A DNA stretch of 64,000 nucleotides from an uncultured Acidobacteriota bacterium. GTDB lineage: Bacteria > Acidobacteriota > Terriglobia > UBA7540. The DNA lies in contig CAWDSK010000003.1 in assembly GCA_963804995.1 (NCBI GenBank), forward strand, positions 832,001-896,000, written 5' to 3'. Positions 31,500 through 42,221 of this stretch are shown piece by piece. The position numbers and the translations under genes were made by a program. The notes under the pieces were generated by a model. The model worked only from the letters and a program-made list of their open reading frames with translations, did no database searches and was not told the DNA's origin. Numbering within the stretch: the stretch's first letter is position 1; each line of letters opens with the position of its first letter.

Positions 31500-31643
31500 G
31501 TGAAGCGTCCCCGCGACCACTTGCGTGGATGTGTCGTCGCTATTGCCCTCCTGCTTAGTTCCCGCATTCTACCCTTGCCTGTCGCCGCCGCACGAGCCGA
31601 AGCGGCGGGGAACCAAGTGCGCCAATACGAACGAGACGGCTGA
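31500..31643 (+). pseudogene. 47-aa remnant paralogous to the N-terminus of the TPR gene at 3699
   Basis: MKRPRDHLRGCV...NQVRQYERDG* aligns without gaps to MQHPRDHLRRCV...NQAREFERKG; same promoter, leader and RBS. Confidence 0.8.
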
Positions 31644-31816
31644 AAGGCTTGCGCGTGCGACATGACAAAACGTCGCTAACCCTTAACTCCAATAGGACTC
31701 ATTAGGAATATTGTATCGCTAATGTTTGAAGGAAGAATGAGGAAAGTCATTCATAAGCGTGACAACAGATATTTTCCAACCTATTGGACAGTTGCCCCTG
31801 AGATCTTGTAACTGGC

Positions 31817-31845
31817 TTGACACTCCAGTCAATGAGGCATACCCT
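31817..31845 (+). promoter_or_regulatory. Putative sigma70 promoter of locus B
   Basis: TTGACA-17-TACCCT, homologous to 9509-9537. Confidence 0.6.
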
Positions 31846-31965
31846 GCGCCGATACTGTCGGATGCCGCCCGACATGGGAACGAACCAGTAGGAGGCGGCG
31901 CTGGATCAAAACGATACAACCGCAGCGACTTTTAAATGCCCGGTGGGTGTCTGAGGGTACTTTCC

Positions 31966-33363
31966 ATGAGCAGAAGCCGCTTACTGTTGAGCGCAAATCT
32001 TAGGGGAGTGCAGAGGGGGACGCTGCCGCCGTTGCTTGTCGCGCTACTTGCCGCTGGACTGAGCTTTGCGGCGCAGGCTGTGGCGGGGCCGCTCGATGTC
32101 CGGCTGTCGGGCTTCAAACCGGTGGAAGGAGGATTGCCGCCGGGGTGGAAGACCTGGGCGCCGCGAGCCGAAGTCATGCCACGAACCTTCATCGACACTG
32201 TCCACTTCCGGACTGGGCCGGGCTCTCTGGCGGTAAGTGGCAACAGCAATCCGGCGGAGTTGGGTGGCTGGGAGTACGTGGTTGAGGGTGTCAAGCCAGG
32301 CGCCTGGTATCACTTCGAGGCATGGTACAAGGCGGAAGGCCTGACCTACGAGCCCGTGCAGGCGTTCGCCAAACTGAACTGGATGGGCGCGGATGGTAAG
32401 CGGGAGGGCCCCCCTGACTTTCCCACCACTGTGAACCCCGAAGGCGGTTGGACACGGCTAACCCTTGATCTTGCGGCGCCTGAGAAAGCGAGCGCGGTGA
32501 AAATCCAGCTCCTTCTGGCCAATGCTCCCCAAGCCACCGTTTGGTGGGACGATATCTCGTTTGAAGGAATTCCGGCGCCACTGGCACGGCCTGTCAGGAT
32601 CGCAACCATCAGGTTTGAGCCGAAGGGCGCCGGCTCAGCCGCTGAGGCAGTACGCCGCTGCCTCGAGGTCGTCGACAAGACTGTTACAGGCCCAACCGAT
32701 GTAATTCTGATGGGCGAGACGATCACTTGGGCAGGGACAAGGGGTTCGTACCGCGAGGTTGCAGAACCGATCCCCGGCCCGTCGACGGCGCGGCTGGCCG
32801 AAGTGGCACGAGCCCGCAAGACGTATATCGCGACCAGCTTGGTCGAACAGGAAGGGCCGGCGTTCTATAACACGGCGGTGCTGATCGATCGCGAGGGCCG
32901 TCTGGTGGGCAAATACCGCAAGGTGAACCTGCCGTACGATGAATTCGAAGATGGCATCACACCGGGCAGCAAGTATCCAGTCTTTCAAACCGATTTCGGA
33001 AAAGTCGGCATGATGATCTGTTGGGACTCGGAGTTCCCGGAACCGGCGCGTGCCCTGGCCCTCCAAGGCGCGGAAATCATTCTCATGCCCATCTGGGATT
33101 GGAGCGCCCCGCTCGTCCTGGCTCGGGCCATGGAAAATCAAGTATTCATCGTCACTTCGTCATACGGCGACCCCTCCGTGATTCTTGACCCCGAGGGGGA
33201 ACAAGTTGCTTCTGCGAAAGAGGAAGGCGCCGCCGCGATCGCGACCATTGATCTCAATCGGCGCTATAAGTCGCCTCTGGTGAATCTAGGAGTCATGCGC
33301 GAACGGATCGTGCGTGAGTTACACGCTGACATTCCGGTGAAGCGGCCGGGATTTGTTCAATGA
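31966..33363 (+). CDS. Secreted carbon-nitrogen hydrolase (nitrilase superfamily) with N-terminal CBM-like domain
   Basis: Signal peptide; PPGW...VKPGAWYHFEAWYK...VWWDDISF beta-sandwich; triad ILMGE / YRKVNL / MICWDSEFPE. Confidence 0.88.
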   Translation: MSRSRLLLSANLRGVQRGTLPPLLVALLAAGLSFAAQAVAGPLDVRLSGFKPVEGGLPPGWKTWAPRAEVMPRTFIDTVHFRTGPGSLAVSGNSNPAELGGWEYVVEGVKPGAWYHFEAWYKAEGLTYEPVQAFAKLNWMGADGKREGPPDFPTTVNPEGGWTRLTLDLAAPEKASAVKIQLLLANAPQATVWWDDISFEGIPAPLARPVRIATIRFEPKGAGSAAEAVRRCLEVVDKTVTGPTDVILMGETITWAGTRGSYREVAEPIPGPSTARLAEVARARKTYIATSLVEQEGPAFYNTAVLIDREGRLVGKYRKVNLPYDEFEDGITPGSKYPVFQTDFGKVGMMICWDSEFPEPARALALQGAEIILMPIWDWSAPLVLARAMENQVFIVTSSYGDPSVILDPEGEQVASAKEEGAAAIATIDLNRRYKSPLVNLGVMRERIVRELHADIPVKRPGFVQ

Positions 33364-33509
33364 ACGCCTTTAACCTTTACCCCCGCGCGGTGTTGCGCAG
33401 CGTCTGATTTATTTAGGTTCCACCGTGCTGACACGACCGCGCGACAAGGGGATTAGCAGTGGAAAAACGGGTCTGGGTAATACGTTTAAATTGATAAGGA
33501 GGTTGGGTA

Positions 33510-36500
33510 ATGCGACTCAAGAGCATCTGGTTCTTAACCCTGGCGCTTTTATATTTGGGCGCGGCCGTTGCGCTCTACGGACAGGAAATCAGGGGATCCA
33601 TCGTCGGGAACGTCACCGATTCAACCGGTGCAGCAGTTCCCCAGGCCCACATCACTGTGAAGAATGAAGGCACCGGAATCGAGTCCAGGACAGCTACCGA
33701 CGGTTCCGGAACCTATACTATTCCCGACCTGCTGGGGGGATTGTACACGGTCATGGCCGTCAAAGAGGGGTTCAAGACCTACCAGGCTACCGGAGTTCGG
33801 CTCCTCTCCTCGCAGACAGCCCGGCAAGATGTGGTGTTACAGGTCGGGACGGTCCAGCAGACCGTGGAGGTCACCGCGCACACGTCACTGGTGCAAACGG
33901 ATTCTCCCACCATTGGCGGAACGCTCCAAACCCACGAACTGGCGGATCTCCCCTACATCACGACGACGACGGATGGACTGATGAACCTCGTGCCGGGGAT
34001 GTCGCTGGGAATCAGCAATGGAAACTCCAATCCCACGATCGGTGGTGCTTCCTATTTTGGTATGAGCAACTTTACGGTTAACGGGATTAGCACCAACAAT
34101 CCCGGACAGGGAGGGGGCGGCAACGTCACCTACGTCGGCTCCAACGAAATGATCGCCCAGGCCAACCTGCCTTCGATCGGGACGCTGCAAGAGTTCAAGG
34201 TTGACGTCTCAGTGGTGGGCGCTGAATACCGCTCGCAAACCGCCATCAGTATGGTGACCAAGCAGGGAACCAATAAGTTTCACGGGCAGGCCTACGAGTA
34301 CAACGAGAACAAGTCCCTGCTTGCCAACTCCTTCGACTTAAACAAATACAATGAAAACCAATACCCCTTTAACCGGAATCAATTTGGCGCCACGGTGGGG
34401 GGGCCGATCCTTAAGGACAAGCTGTTCTTCTTTGCCAACTACGATGGCATACGGGAGATCCACCCCCAGCCTATAGCCGCAAATTTCCCCACCCAGGCCA
34501 TGCGCCAAGGGGACTTTTCAAATCTGTGCGACACCTGGAGCGCGGGGCTCTGTACCGACACGACCTACGGCCAGCAGTTGTATAATCCGCTAACGGGGCA
34601 GCCGTTCCTGAACAATCACATTGATGCGGGGATGTTTGCCGCCCAATCTCAGGTGCTGGGCGCCTATATGCCCCTGCCCAACGTCAATTTTGCTCCTACT
34701 CCGGTACCCGGTACGAGCTCCGTGATTTATCAGGGGTCGCCTAATGCAATGTACGATTGGGCCAGCGCCGTCCCTCTCCGCTTCGGAACCAACAACGCCC
34801 AATTGCGCCTGGACGGACAGCTTGGAAGCAAGGACTCCATCGTGGTCTTCGCCACGATGTCGAAGGGGGACCCCTGGTTCTTTGGCTACGCCTGTTGCGT
34901 AACCTATGGAAGCTGGTCAGACCATGGTTACAATTGGTATAACTCCAGCGCCACGGAGACCCACACGTTCGGCCCCGGCACGGTCAACGAGTTTCGGCTG
35001 GGATGGGTGGAATCCGTGACGCGCTCCTACGGCCAAAACCTTGGTTTCGAGCCCTGGAGCCAGTTCCCAGGAATACCCTCCAGCCCCGACCGAGGCCTGC
35101 CGACCATCTACATCGGTAATTATGGAGGAACGAACTACGGCGGCACTATCAGCGACGTGGGCAAGGCCCACGGGCAGCAGAAGACTATCGACATCGTGGA
35201 CAACCTTACTCTGGTCCGGGGCCGGCACACGATCAAAACCGGCGTTGAGGAACTTGGATACAAGGAAAACGACTTCTGCTATTTCACCTGCGTAGGGCCC
35301 TTGGGCAATTTCAGCGCCTCAGGGCAATGGACAGGCAACCGCGGCTGGAACTTTGGCGGCGCTCCTCAGTCGGCCGGGAATGCGTTCGCCGATTTCATGC
35401 TCGGCGATGTTGATTCCTCCGGTTACGGTTCACCCCTCAGCCAAAACTTTTACGATCGGGAATGGGATTTTTACGTTCAGGATACCTTCAAGGCCTCGCC
35501 GCGCCTGACCTTGAGCTATGGCGTGCGCTATATGTACCAGAGGCCCTGGACGTTCCGGGACCATAACGCAACCTTCTGGGATCCCGCTAGCAACCAGTTG
35601 GTTTTGGCTGAAAACTCCAGCACGGTTACGGTTCCTCCCGGGGCAGATGCTGCACTCGTGTCCGCCTACCCGTTCGAAACCACGAAGCAGCTTGGCGCCT
35701 CGATCAATAACTTCACGAACGATACGAACAACTGGGCGCCGCGCGTAGGCTTTGCTTATCGCCCCTCCAGCAACAACAAAACGGTCATCCGCGGTGGGTA
35801 TGGTGTGTACTATGCCTTCAACGCGGGCTGGGTGGGGCCGCTAGGAAGCCTGGAGGACATACCTTGGGGACCCGCCGCGAACTATTCTTCCCGGTTGCCC
35901 GGCAATCCCACCACGGCTTACCTGCCTGACATAACCTTCGCCGATCCCTTCCCCACGGGCCTCGTGGCGGGCGCGCCGGCGAACCCCTCCTTCACGGCGA
36001 TGGATCGACACGAAATCAATCCCGTATCGCAGCAGTGGAACTTAACGGTGGAACGGCAGGTCGGAGACAACTGGTCGTTCCGGGGCACTTACATGGGGGA
36101 CCAGGGACACCACTTGGTGGATACCGGCGCGAATCTGAATAAGCCCATTGTCCAACAGCCCAATGTGCCCACCCAGTTGCAACTTCCTTTCCAACCCTGG
36201 AGCGGCATTGCCTGGACCACCTATTCGGGAACCAGCAACTTCCACCAGCTTCAACTCGAAATGCAAAAGCGGTTTGCGCACGGATTGATGTTCCGAGCTG
36301 AGTACGACTGGTCCCGCAACCTTGCCAACATGAGTGGAGATAACACCTTTGTGGGTTTACAGGATCCCTGGAACCTGCGCTCGGAGTACGGTAACGCCCA
36401 ATTTCAGTTCCGTCACCGGTTCATAGCGTACTATATCTACGAACTCCCGGTGGGCCACGGTAGGAAGTTCCTCGGAAATGTGAACAAGTTCGAGGATGGC

Positions 36501-37004
36501 GTGCTGGGCGGCTGGCGAGTCTCCGGCATCACCACGTATCACAGCGGTGATCCGATCTCACCGAGCTTCGAGAATCCTCAGACCCTGGTCGGTTGGCAAG
36601 CGCTCCGGCCAGACCGTGCCGCGGGTGTACCGCTTTACAACGACCGTGGATCGGGCCACGACACGGTCCATGGTGTGCAATGGTTCAACCCGGCGGCCTT
36701 CGTTCCTCCCCAGCCGTGGAATTACGGCAACGCCGCGCCCTTCTCGATTTTTGGTCCAGGGTTCGGTGAGTGGGATGTCAGTGTGTTGAAGCAGTTTCAA
36801 CTACCCAAGGGCGAGTCCAACAAGCTGGAGCTCAAAGTGGACTTCTTCAATTTTCCCAACCACTACAGCCTGGGTGACCCTAGTGTGGGTGTCGCTGATA
36901 TTCGGGATGGAGGTTCTTCTGATCCTGGCACCGGCAAAGTCTATGGAGGAGCCGGCCAATATCAACCCCGCCTGATCCAGATTGGATTGAGGTTGTTGTT
37001 CTAG
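33510..37004 (+). CDS. TonB-dependent receptor (paralog B)
   Basis: Colinear with 9714-13190 with long identical blocks (NPGQGGGGNVTY.GSNEMIAQANLPSIGT); ends RLIQIGLRLLF. Confidence 0.95.
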   Translation: MRLKSIWFLTLALLYLGAAVALYGQEIRGSIVGNVTDSTGAAVPQAHITVKNEGTGIESRTATDGSGTYTIPDLLGGLYTVMAVKEGFKTYQATGVRLLSSQTARQDVVLQVGTVQQTVEVTAHTSLVQTDSPTIGGTLQTHELADLPYITTTTDGLMNLVPGMSLGISNGNSNPTIGGASYFGMSNFTVNGISTNNPGQGGGGNVTYVGSNEMIAQANLPSIGTLQEFKVDVSVVGAEYRSQTAISMVTKQGTNKFHGQAYEYNENKSLLANSFDLNKYNENQYPFNRNQFGATVGGPILKDKLFFFANYDGIREIHPQPIAANFPTQAMRQGDFSNLCDTWSAGLCTDTTYGQQLYNPLTGQPFLNNHIDAGMFAAQSQVLGAYMPLPNVNFAPTPVPGTSSVIYQGSPNAMYDWASAVPLRFGTNNAQLRLDGQLGSKDSIVVFATMSKGDPWFFGYACCVTYGSWSDHGYNWYNSSATETHTFGPGTVNEFRLGWVESVTRSYGQNLGFEPWSQFPGIPSSPDRGLPTIYIGNYGGTNYGGTISDVGKAHGQQKTIDIVDNLTLVRGRHTIKTGVEELGYKENDFCYFTCVGPLGNFSASGQWTGNRGWNFGGAPQSAGNAFADFMLGDVDSSGYGSPLSQNFYDREWDFYVQDTFKASPRLTLSYGVRYMYQRPWTFRDHNATFWDPASNQLVLAENSSTVTVPPGADAALVSAYPFETTKQLGASINNFTNDTNNWAPRVGFAYRPSSNNKTVIRGGYGVYYAFNAGWVGPLGSLEDIPWGPAANYSSRLPGNPTTAYLPDITFADPFPTGLVAGAPANPSFTAMDRHEINPVSQQWNLTVERQVGDNWSFRGTYMGDQGHHLVDTGANLNKPIVQQPNVPTQLQLPFQPWSGIAWTTYSGTSNFHQLQLEMQKRFAHGLMFRAEYDWSRNLANMSGDNTFVGLQDPWNLRSEYGNAQFQFRHRFIAYYIYELPVGHGRKFLGNVNKFEDGVLGGWRVSGITTYHSGDPISPSFENPQTLVGWQALRPDRAAGVPLYNDRGSGHDTVHGVQWFNPAAFVPPQPWNYGNAAPFSIFGPGFGEWDVSVLKQFQLPKGESNKLELKVDFFNFPNHYSLGDPSVGVADIRDGGSSDPGTGKVYGGAGQYQPRLIQIGLRLLF

Positions 37005-37026
37005 AGAGCTCGAATTGTGTAAGTAC

Positions 37027-37052
37027 GGGGGGAGGCGCCTGCCTCCCCCTTT
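37027..37052 (+). terminator. Terminator hairpin between convergent genes
   Basis: GGGGGAGGC-GCCT-GCCTCCCCC-TTT; homologous to the 13210 hairpin with an A-T to G-C compensatory pair. Confidence 0.65.
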
Positions 37053-39476
37053 CATTCGTACCTGAGCGCCACCAGGGGATCGACCTTGGTCGCCCGGCGC
37101 GCGGGGATATAGGTCGCCAGCATCGAGGTTGCGACCAGAAGCAACGCCACGCTCACGAAGATCAGTGGGTCGTCAGGCTGGACTTCGAACAGCAGCGTAG
37201 TCAGCAGCAGGCGGGAGGCTGCGAGCGCGCAAGCGAGCCCCGCCAGCACCCCGGCCAGAACCGGCCGCATACTTCGGCCGCTCACCCAGCGCAAAATGTC
37301 TCCACGCGTTGCGCCGAGCGCCATGCGCACGCCAATTTCCTGCGTCGACTGCGTCACCAGGAAGGACATCACACCGTAAATCCCCACCACCGCCAGCAGC
37401 AGTCCCATGCCGGCGAATAAGGAGAGCAAGGCGGCGTTGAACCGCGCCCTCTGTGCCAGCTTCCCCACGCGCTGGTCCATCGTCTCGATGGTGACGGGCA
37501 GGGTGGGGTCGATTGCGGCAATTTCTTTCCGTAGCCATGGCGCCATGGCGCGGGGACTTAAGCTGGTGCGGACCAGCACGCTCGACGAGCGCGTGGCATC
37601 GTCAGGCGATTGCGTGCGCACCAGATAATATTCCGGGTCGGGTGCGGCGGCCAGCCCACCGTTCTTGGCGTCTGCCGCAACCCCCACCACCGTATACCAC
37701 GGTCCGTTGGAACCTGGCTGTAGTTGTTGGCCTACCTGGTCAAGGCTTCCGAACAACTTTTTGGTCAACGACGCGCTCAGAATAATCGCGTGGGCATTCA
37801 GATTGCGGTCCTCCTCGCGGAAGCCCCGGCCGCGCAGAATGGGGATTTTTAGCGCGGAGAAATAATCCGGCGTCACGGTTCGGTAAACCACGGTGCCGCC
37901 GGTTCCTTTCAGGTAGGGCTCGTGGCCTCGCACTTGAATTGTGCCGTATATCATGGTGAGCGCAGGGCCGCCCGGTGGAAGAGAATCACTTAGGGCGAGG
38001 GCTGTAACTCCCGGCAGCCGTCGCAAGCGCGGCTCAAGTTCGTCGAAGAATGCCACCACTTGCTCTGGTCGCGGATAACGCTGCTGGCCGAGGACAAGGT
38101 TGGCGGTTATCACGTGAGAGGTTTCGATCCCCATGGGATCATTCTGGAGCTTCCACAGACTGCGCAGCAGCAGGCCCGCCCCCGCCAGCAACACCAAAGA
38201 AATCGCCACCTGGGCCACCACCAGAAGCTGACGAAACCAGGAACGCCGGCCGGCCACCACTTGCCGGCCGGTCAGCGCCTCAGCGGGAGGCAAATGCAGC
38301 ACAGGGGCGAGTCCGAACAGAGCGCCCGAGAGCAGTGAAACAGCAAGAGTAAATAGCAGAACGCGGAAGTCGAGGGTCGCTTGCTGGAGGCGTGGGATGC
38401 CTTCCGGGGCGATAGCCAGGAAGCCCCGCAACATCAGACCTGCCAAGACACAGCCCAGCGCTCCCCCGGTGACCCCCAACAGAACGCTTTCGGTCAGTTG
38501 TTGGCGGATCAGACGCGGGCGGCCCGCTCCCAGGGCGCTGCGCAACGCCACCTCACGTTGGCGGGACGCGGCCCGTGCCAACAGGAGATTGGCCACGTTG
38601 GCGCAGGCAATCAGCAGCACCGCAAACACTGCGGCGAGCAAAATCCAGGCGGCCTGCTTTGAATCATGGGTTTGTCGATCTCGGAGCAATTGCACCCGCA
38701 GATGTATGTCCTTGCGGAATTGCGGTGAAACCCACTGGAGCGATTGCTGGAATAGGGGATCGAGCGCGCCGAGGGCCTGAGCAGGCGTGATCGCAGGTTT
38801 GAGCCGGGCGAAAGCATAGATCAGGTTGGCAGTGTCGTGGCGCGGCGAAAGTTCCGCCTCCGTGAACACTTGCGGGACGATGACCTGGGCAGACGTAAGG
38901 CTGGGCAATTCGAAATCCGCGGGCAGCACGCCGATAATTCGCGTGGGCTGCGCATCCAATGAAAACGTGCGGCCAACTACGCCCGGCTCGCCTCCAAAAC
39001 GGCTCTTCCACAGGCCGTAAGAAATCAGGGCGACCTTGGGCCCGTTCGGCCGGCTCTCGTCGGGCGTGAAATTCCGTCCCAGGAGCGGTTGCATGCCGAA
39101 GGTCGAGAGGAAGCTGGATTCCACTTTCGCGCAAACCATGCGGACAGGGTTCTGCTCCGTCAAATCGCAATCAGCCACCCCGCTCCAGGAACGTCATGGA
39201 TTCGAATGGCGTTTGGGCGGCGCGCCAGTCAACGTAGTCATAAGACATGACAAACTCGTTGGGATCAATGGGCGCCAACATGCCGAGAGAGACCAGGCGA
39301 TCCGCCTGAGGATACGGAAGGCTACGAAACAAGAGACGGTCAACCACACTAAACACGGCAGTGGTTGCGCCGATGCCGAGAGCCAGCGTCAACACCGCGA
39401 CAGTGGTGAAACCGGGACTCTTCCCGAGCATGCGCAGACCGTAACGAAGATCTTGCACCAGGGTTTCCATTACCAT
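37052..39476 (-). CDS. ADOP-family duplicated ABC permease (MacB_PCD/FtsX), apparent +1 frameshift at about 39190
   Basis: [66 protein letters not shown]; joins as [11 protein letters not shown] if one T is removed. Confidence 0.9.
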
Positions 39477-39513
39477 CTCCTGAATCGAGCCATTGGGTCA
39501 TCCCGCCTTTGAG

Positions 39514-39800
39514 CTAGCGGCGGGGCCGCAACCAGGGCGTGCCACGGCCGACCTGCCCCGATTCATCGGAGTCTTGGCCGTGCCGGTCACGGGCGGGAGA
39601 AGCTGTGAAAAAATCCCATCAAACCTTTCACCGCGGAGACGCTGAGGCGCAGAGGCTTGAAAACAAAGGGTCATTTCTCTGCGTCTCAGCGTCTCAGCGG
39701 TGAAAATGGTATTTTTTCACACCTTCGGACGCCCGTGGTACATCGTAGGGGCCAGCGGCGCTGGCCCGGGCCGAACGGTCGCCGCGGCGACCCCTACGTC
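39514..39800. mobile_element. Nested repeat complex: REP-like element containing a 128-bp MITE (39599-39726) with GGA duplication
   Basis: TIRs GAAGCTGTGAAAAAAT / ATTTTTTCACACCTTC (1 mismatch); GGA on both sides; internal CACCGCGGAGACGCTGAG hairpin. Confidence 0.75.
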
Positions 39801-39836
39801 ATTGAACCAAAACTTACGGCATTGCGGCGAAAACCC

Positions 39837-41001
39837 TTAAGCCGCATTCTCGTGCGCCGCCCGTAAGACCTTCCGAGCGTTGTCGCCGTACACTTTCTTG
39901 AGGATGTCGTCCGGCAGACCCAAACCGTACAGCGGCCAGTGGTAGGCAAAGGCTCCGGTGGTGGTCTGGAGTTCCGTATCCCATTCGTAAAAGTGCTCGT
40001 CGAGTGTCTCCAGAATCCGGAAGGTGGCGCGAAACATCGGCCGCGTGTAGGCCATGTCCGTCCCGTAGAGCACCCGGTCGGAGTGACTTTCGATAAACTG
40101 AGCTGCGAATCTTGCAATCGGCGACATCTCCGCGAAGCGCGCCCCCAGGTCAACATAAAGATTGGGATTGCGATCCAGCATTTGGCCCAGGCGCGTCAGG
40201 TCGTACTCCAGGTTGGCAATGTGGCACGCGATGACCGTCGTCCGGGGATGCTTTTTTACGGCGCGCTCCAGACTCTCAATCAGTTCGTCGTGCCCCAGGA
40301 CGCCCGGACCCGTGGTGATTCTCCACGTGTAGCAATTCATGAGCCCGTCATTGGTATTGTCCATGGGCTCATAGGCCCAGATCGGATCCGAAACGTGGAT
40401 ATTGATGGGCATCCCCAAGCGCGCGCATTTGTCGAAGAGGGGATCCATGCGCGCGTCATCCACGTGCAGGCCGGAGCCCTTGGGGGCGCTCCAGATGCCG
40501 GTGCCTTTGTCGCCTATTTCCCCGACTCCAAGAGCCCCCCGGCGATGGCACTCCTCCAGGGCCTTCACGGCGTTCGGGCCGAATCCCGGCTGGTCGCAAC
40601 CGGAAAGATCAAAGCCGCACCACAGGTCGAAACGGTCCGGATACTTGGAGAACAGTTGGCTCATCGCGGAAACTTTTTCCGGACTGCCCGTCCTGACGAA
40701 CGTCACGGTCTTCTCCACGCCCGCCTCGTCCATAAGTTTGACCACCTCGTTCGAGGTGTTGCGGAGAGCGAACCCATTCCGCATGAAAGTGCACATCGAT
40801 GGCCGGATACTTCGCCTTGGTGACTTCGGTTTTGGGAACCTTGTAGATAGATCTCGGGCGGTAGTCCTTCAGCAGGAGCTTATCCGGCGAGGTCTCAGGC
40901 TCGTTCGCGGGGCTCGGGGCCTGCCGCGCCAGCGCGGATCCCGGTCGCATCACGGCGGCCGCTCCGGAAAACATCATCCACTGTCTGCGATTCATGGGCA
41001 T
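39837..41001 (-). CDS. Amidohydrolase_2-family protein with Tat signal, apparent +1 frameshift at about 40750
   Basis: MNRRQW; IDVHFH, GVGE, INIHVSDP, IACH, RVLYGTD, KVYGDNA; joins as HLDEVVKLM if one A is removed. Confidence 0.88.
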
Positions 41002-41172
41002 TCCTTAGAAATTGAGACTACCCAGGAGGCAGGTTGGCGCCCCGACCAGTCGGGGCGCCAGCCGGCCTCTCAACCGTTATCCCAACATTGGCAGCAGGTA
41101 TAGTATCTTTACTCGATACTTAATGCGTGTGCGCCCGTATGTAGCATTGTAAAGACGAATGTGAACATTCGA

Positions 41173-42087
41173 TCAGGAAACCACGCTGAGAATTCGCCGG
41201 ACACGGTCGCAATTTTCCTTTATCTCGTCTTTATACCGGGGATACATTCCCACCACGACGCAGTCTTTTTCCTTGATACTGTCAAACGCTTCTTGGAAAG
41301 CTGCGTCAACGGCAGCGGGCGTATGAGTGACGCGGCCGGCGGCCAGAATTTTGAATAGGAAGCAGGTCTTCTGAGTCTGCCGGGCGACCTTATAGGCGCG
41401 CGCAGGATCGGTTTCGAGGTAGAGTTCCCAAGCCGGCACCGGCAGCACACCCAAGAGCTTGCGAATTTCCTCCGGTGTTCGCCTGCGGTTGTAAGCACAC
41501 AGCATATAGAAATCAACGTCCCACCCTTTATCCTCTATATACTCGACCACCTCGGGCATGTGGGTTCCAACCCCGACCAGGACTCCTCCCTGGCGGAGCT
41601 TTTTGGTGTACTCCAAAACCTGGTCCATCTTTCCTTCGCGGAACAGATCGTCAGTCAATTCGCCATGATGATACAAAGCCGTCACGCCACTGCGCCGTAC
41701 CGTCTCCTCCACCGGATGCTTTTCGATGTCCACGGCAATGAGGTGCATCTTCCCGCCCTTGGAGTGGAAAAGTTCCAGGTCCGCCAACGAGCGGTCGCGG
41801 TGGCTGTATTGATAGGCATTGATTCCGTTCTGCTGACACTGTAAAAGAGTTTCACACACGCGCTCGGGGGTATTCCACTCAACCATGACCTGATCCAGTA
41901 TGTGGTTGAAGTGGGAGTACCCATAAAACTGGTTGCTGCCGATGATTAATCGGCTGATGTCATATTTGCCGAACCGTACTTTGGGAAGCGATCCCGTAAC
42001 AACTTCCGGCGCTCCCATCAGGGGATTGCCTGCCAGCGCTGCCACCGCTCCCACCGTGGTTTTGAGGAAGGTTCGTCTGCTACTCAT
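41173..42087 (-). CDS. Tat-exported aldo/keto-reductase-like protein
   Basis: SRRTFLK; LPKVRFGKYDISRLIIGSN, VGVGTH, FKILAAGR. Confidence 0.75.
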   Translation of the reverse strand: MSSRRTFLKTTVGAVAALAGNPLMGAPEVVTGSLPKVRFGKYDISRLIIGSNQFYGYSHFNHILDQVMVEWNTPERVCETLLQCQQNGINAYQYSHRDRSLADLELFHSKGGKMHLIAVDIEKHPVEETVRRSGVTALYHHGELTDDLFREGKMDQVLEYTKKLRQGGVLVGVGTHMPEVVEYIEDKGWDVDFYMLCAYNRRRTPEEIRKLLGVLPVPAWELYLETDPARAYKVARQTQKTCFLFKILAAGRVTHTPAAVDAAFQEAFDSIKEKDCVVVGMYPRYKDEIKENCDRVRRILSVVS

Positions 42088-42221
42088 GGGATTTTCACCT
42101 CGTTGGCCGCTCGAAAGGTACTCTGTGAGCTAACTTCCCCACTACTGTCCACTACACCGGGCAGGAGTGCAAAAAGGAAGCCAAATCATGCTTTTGATTC
42201 CAGATCGCGCAGGGGATTCAG

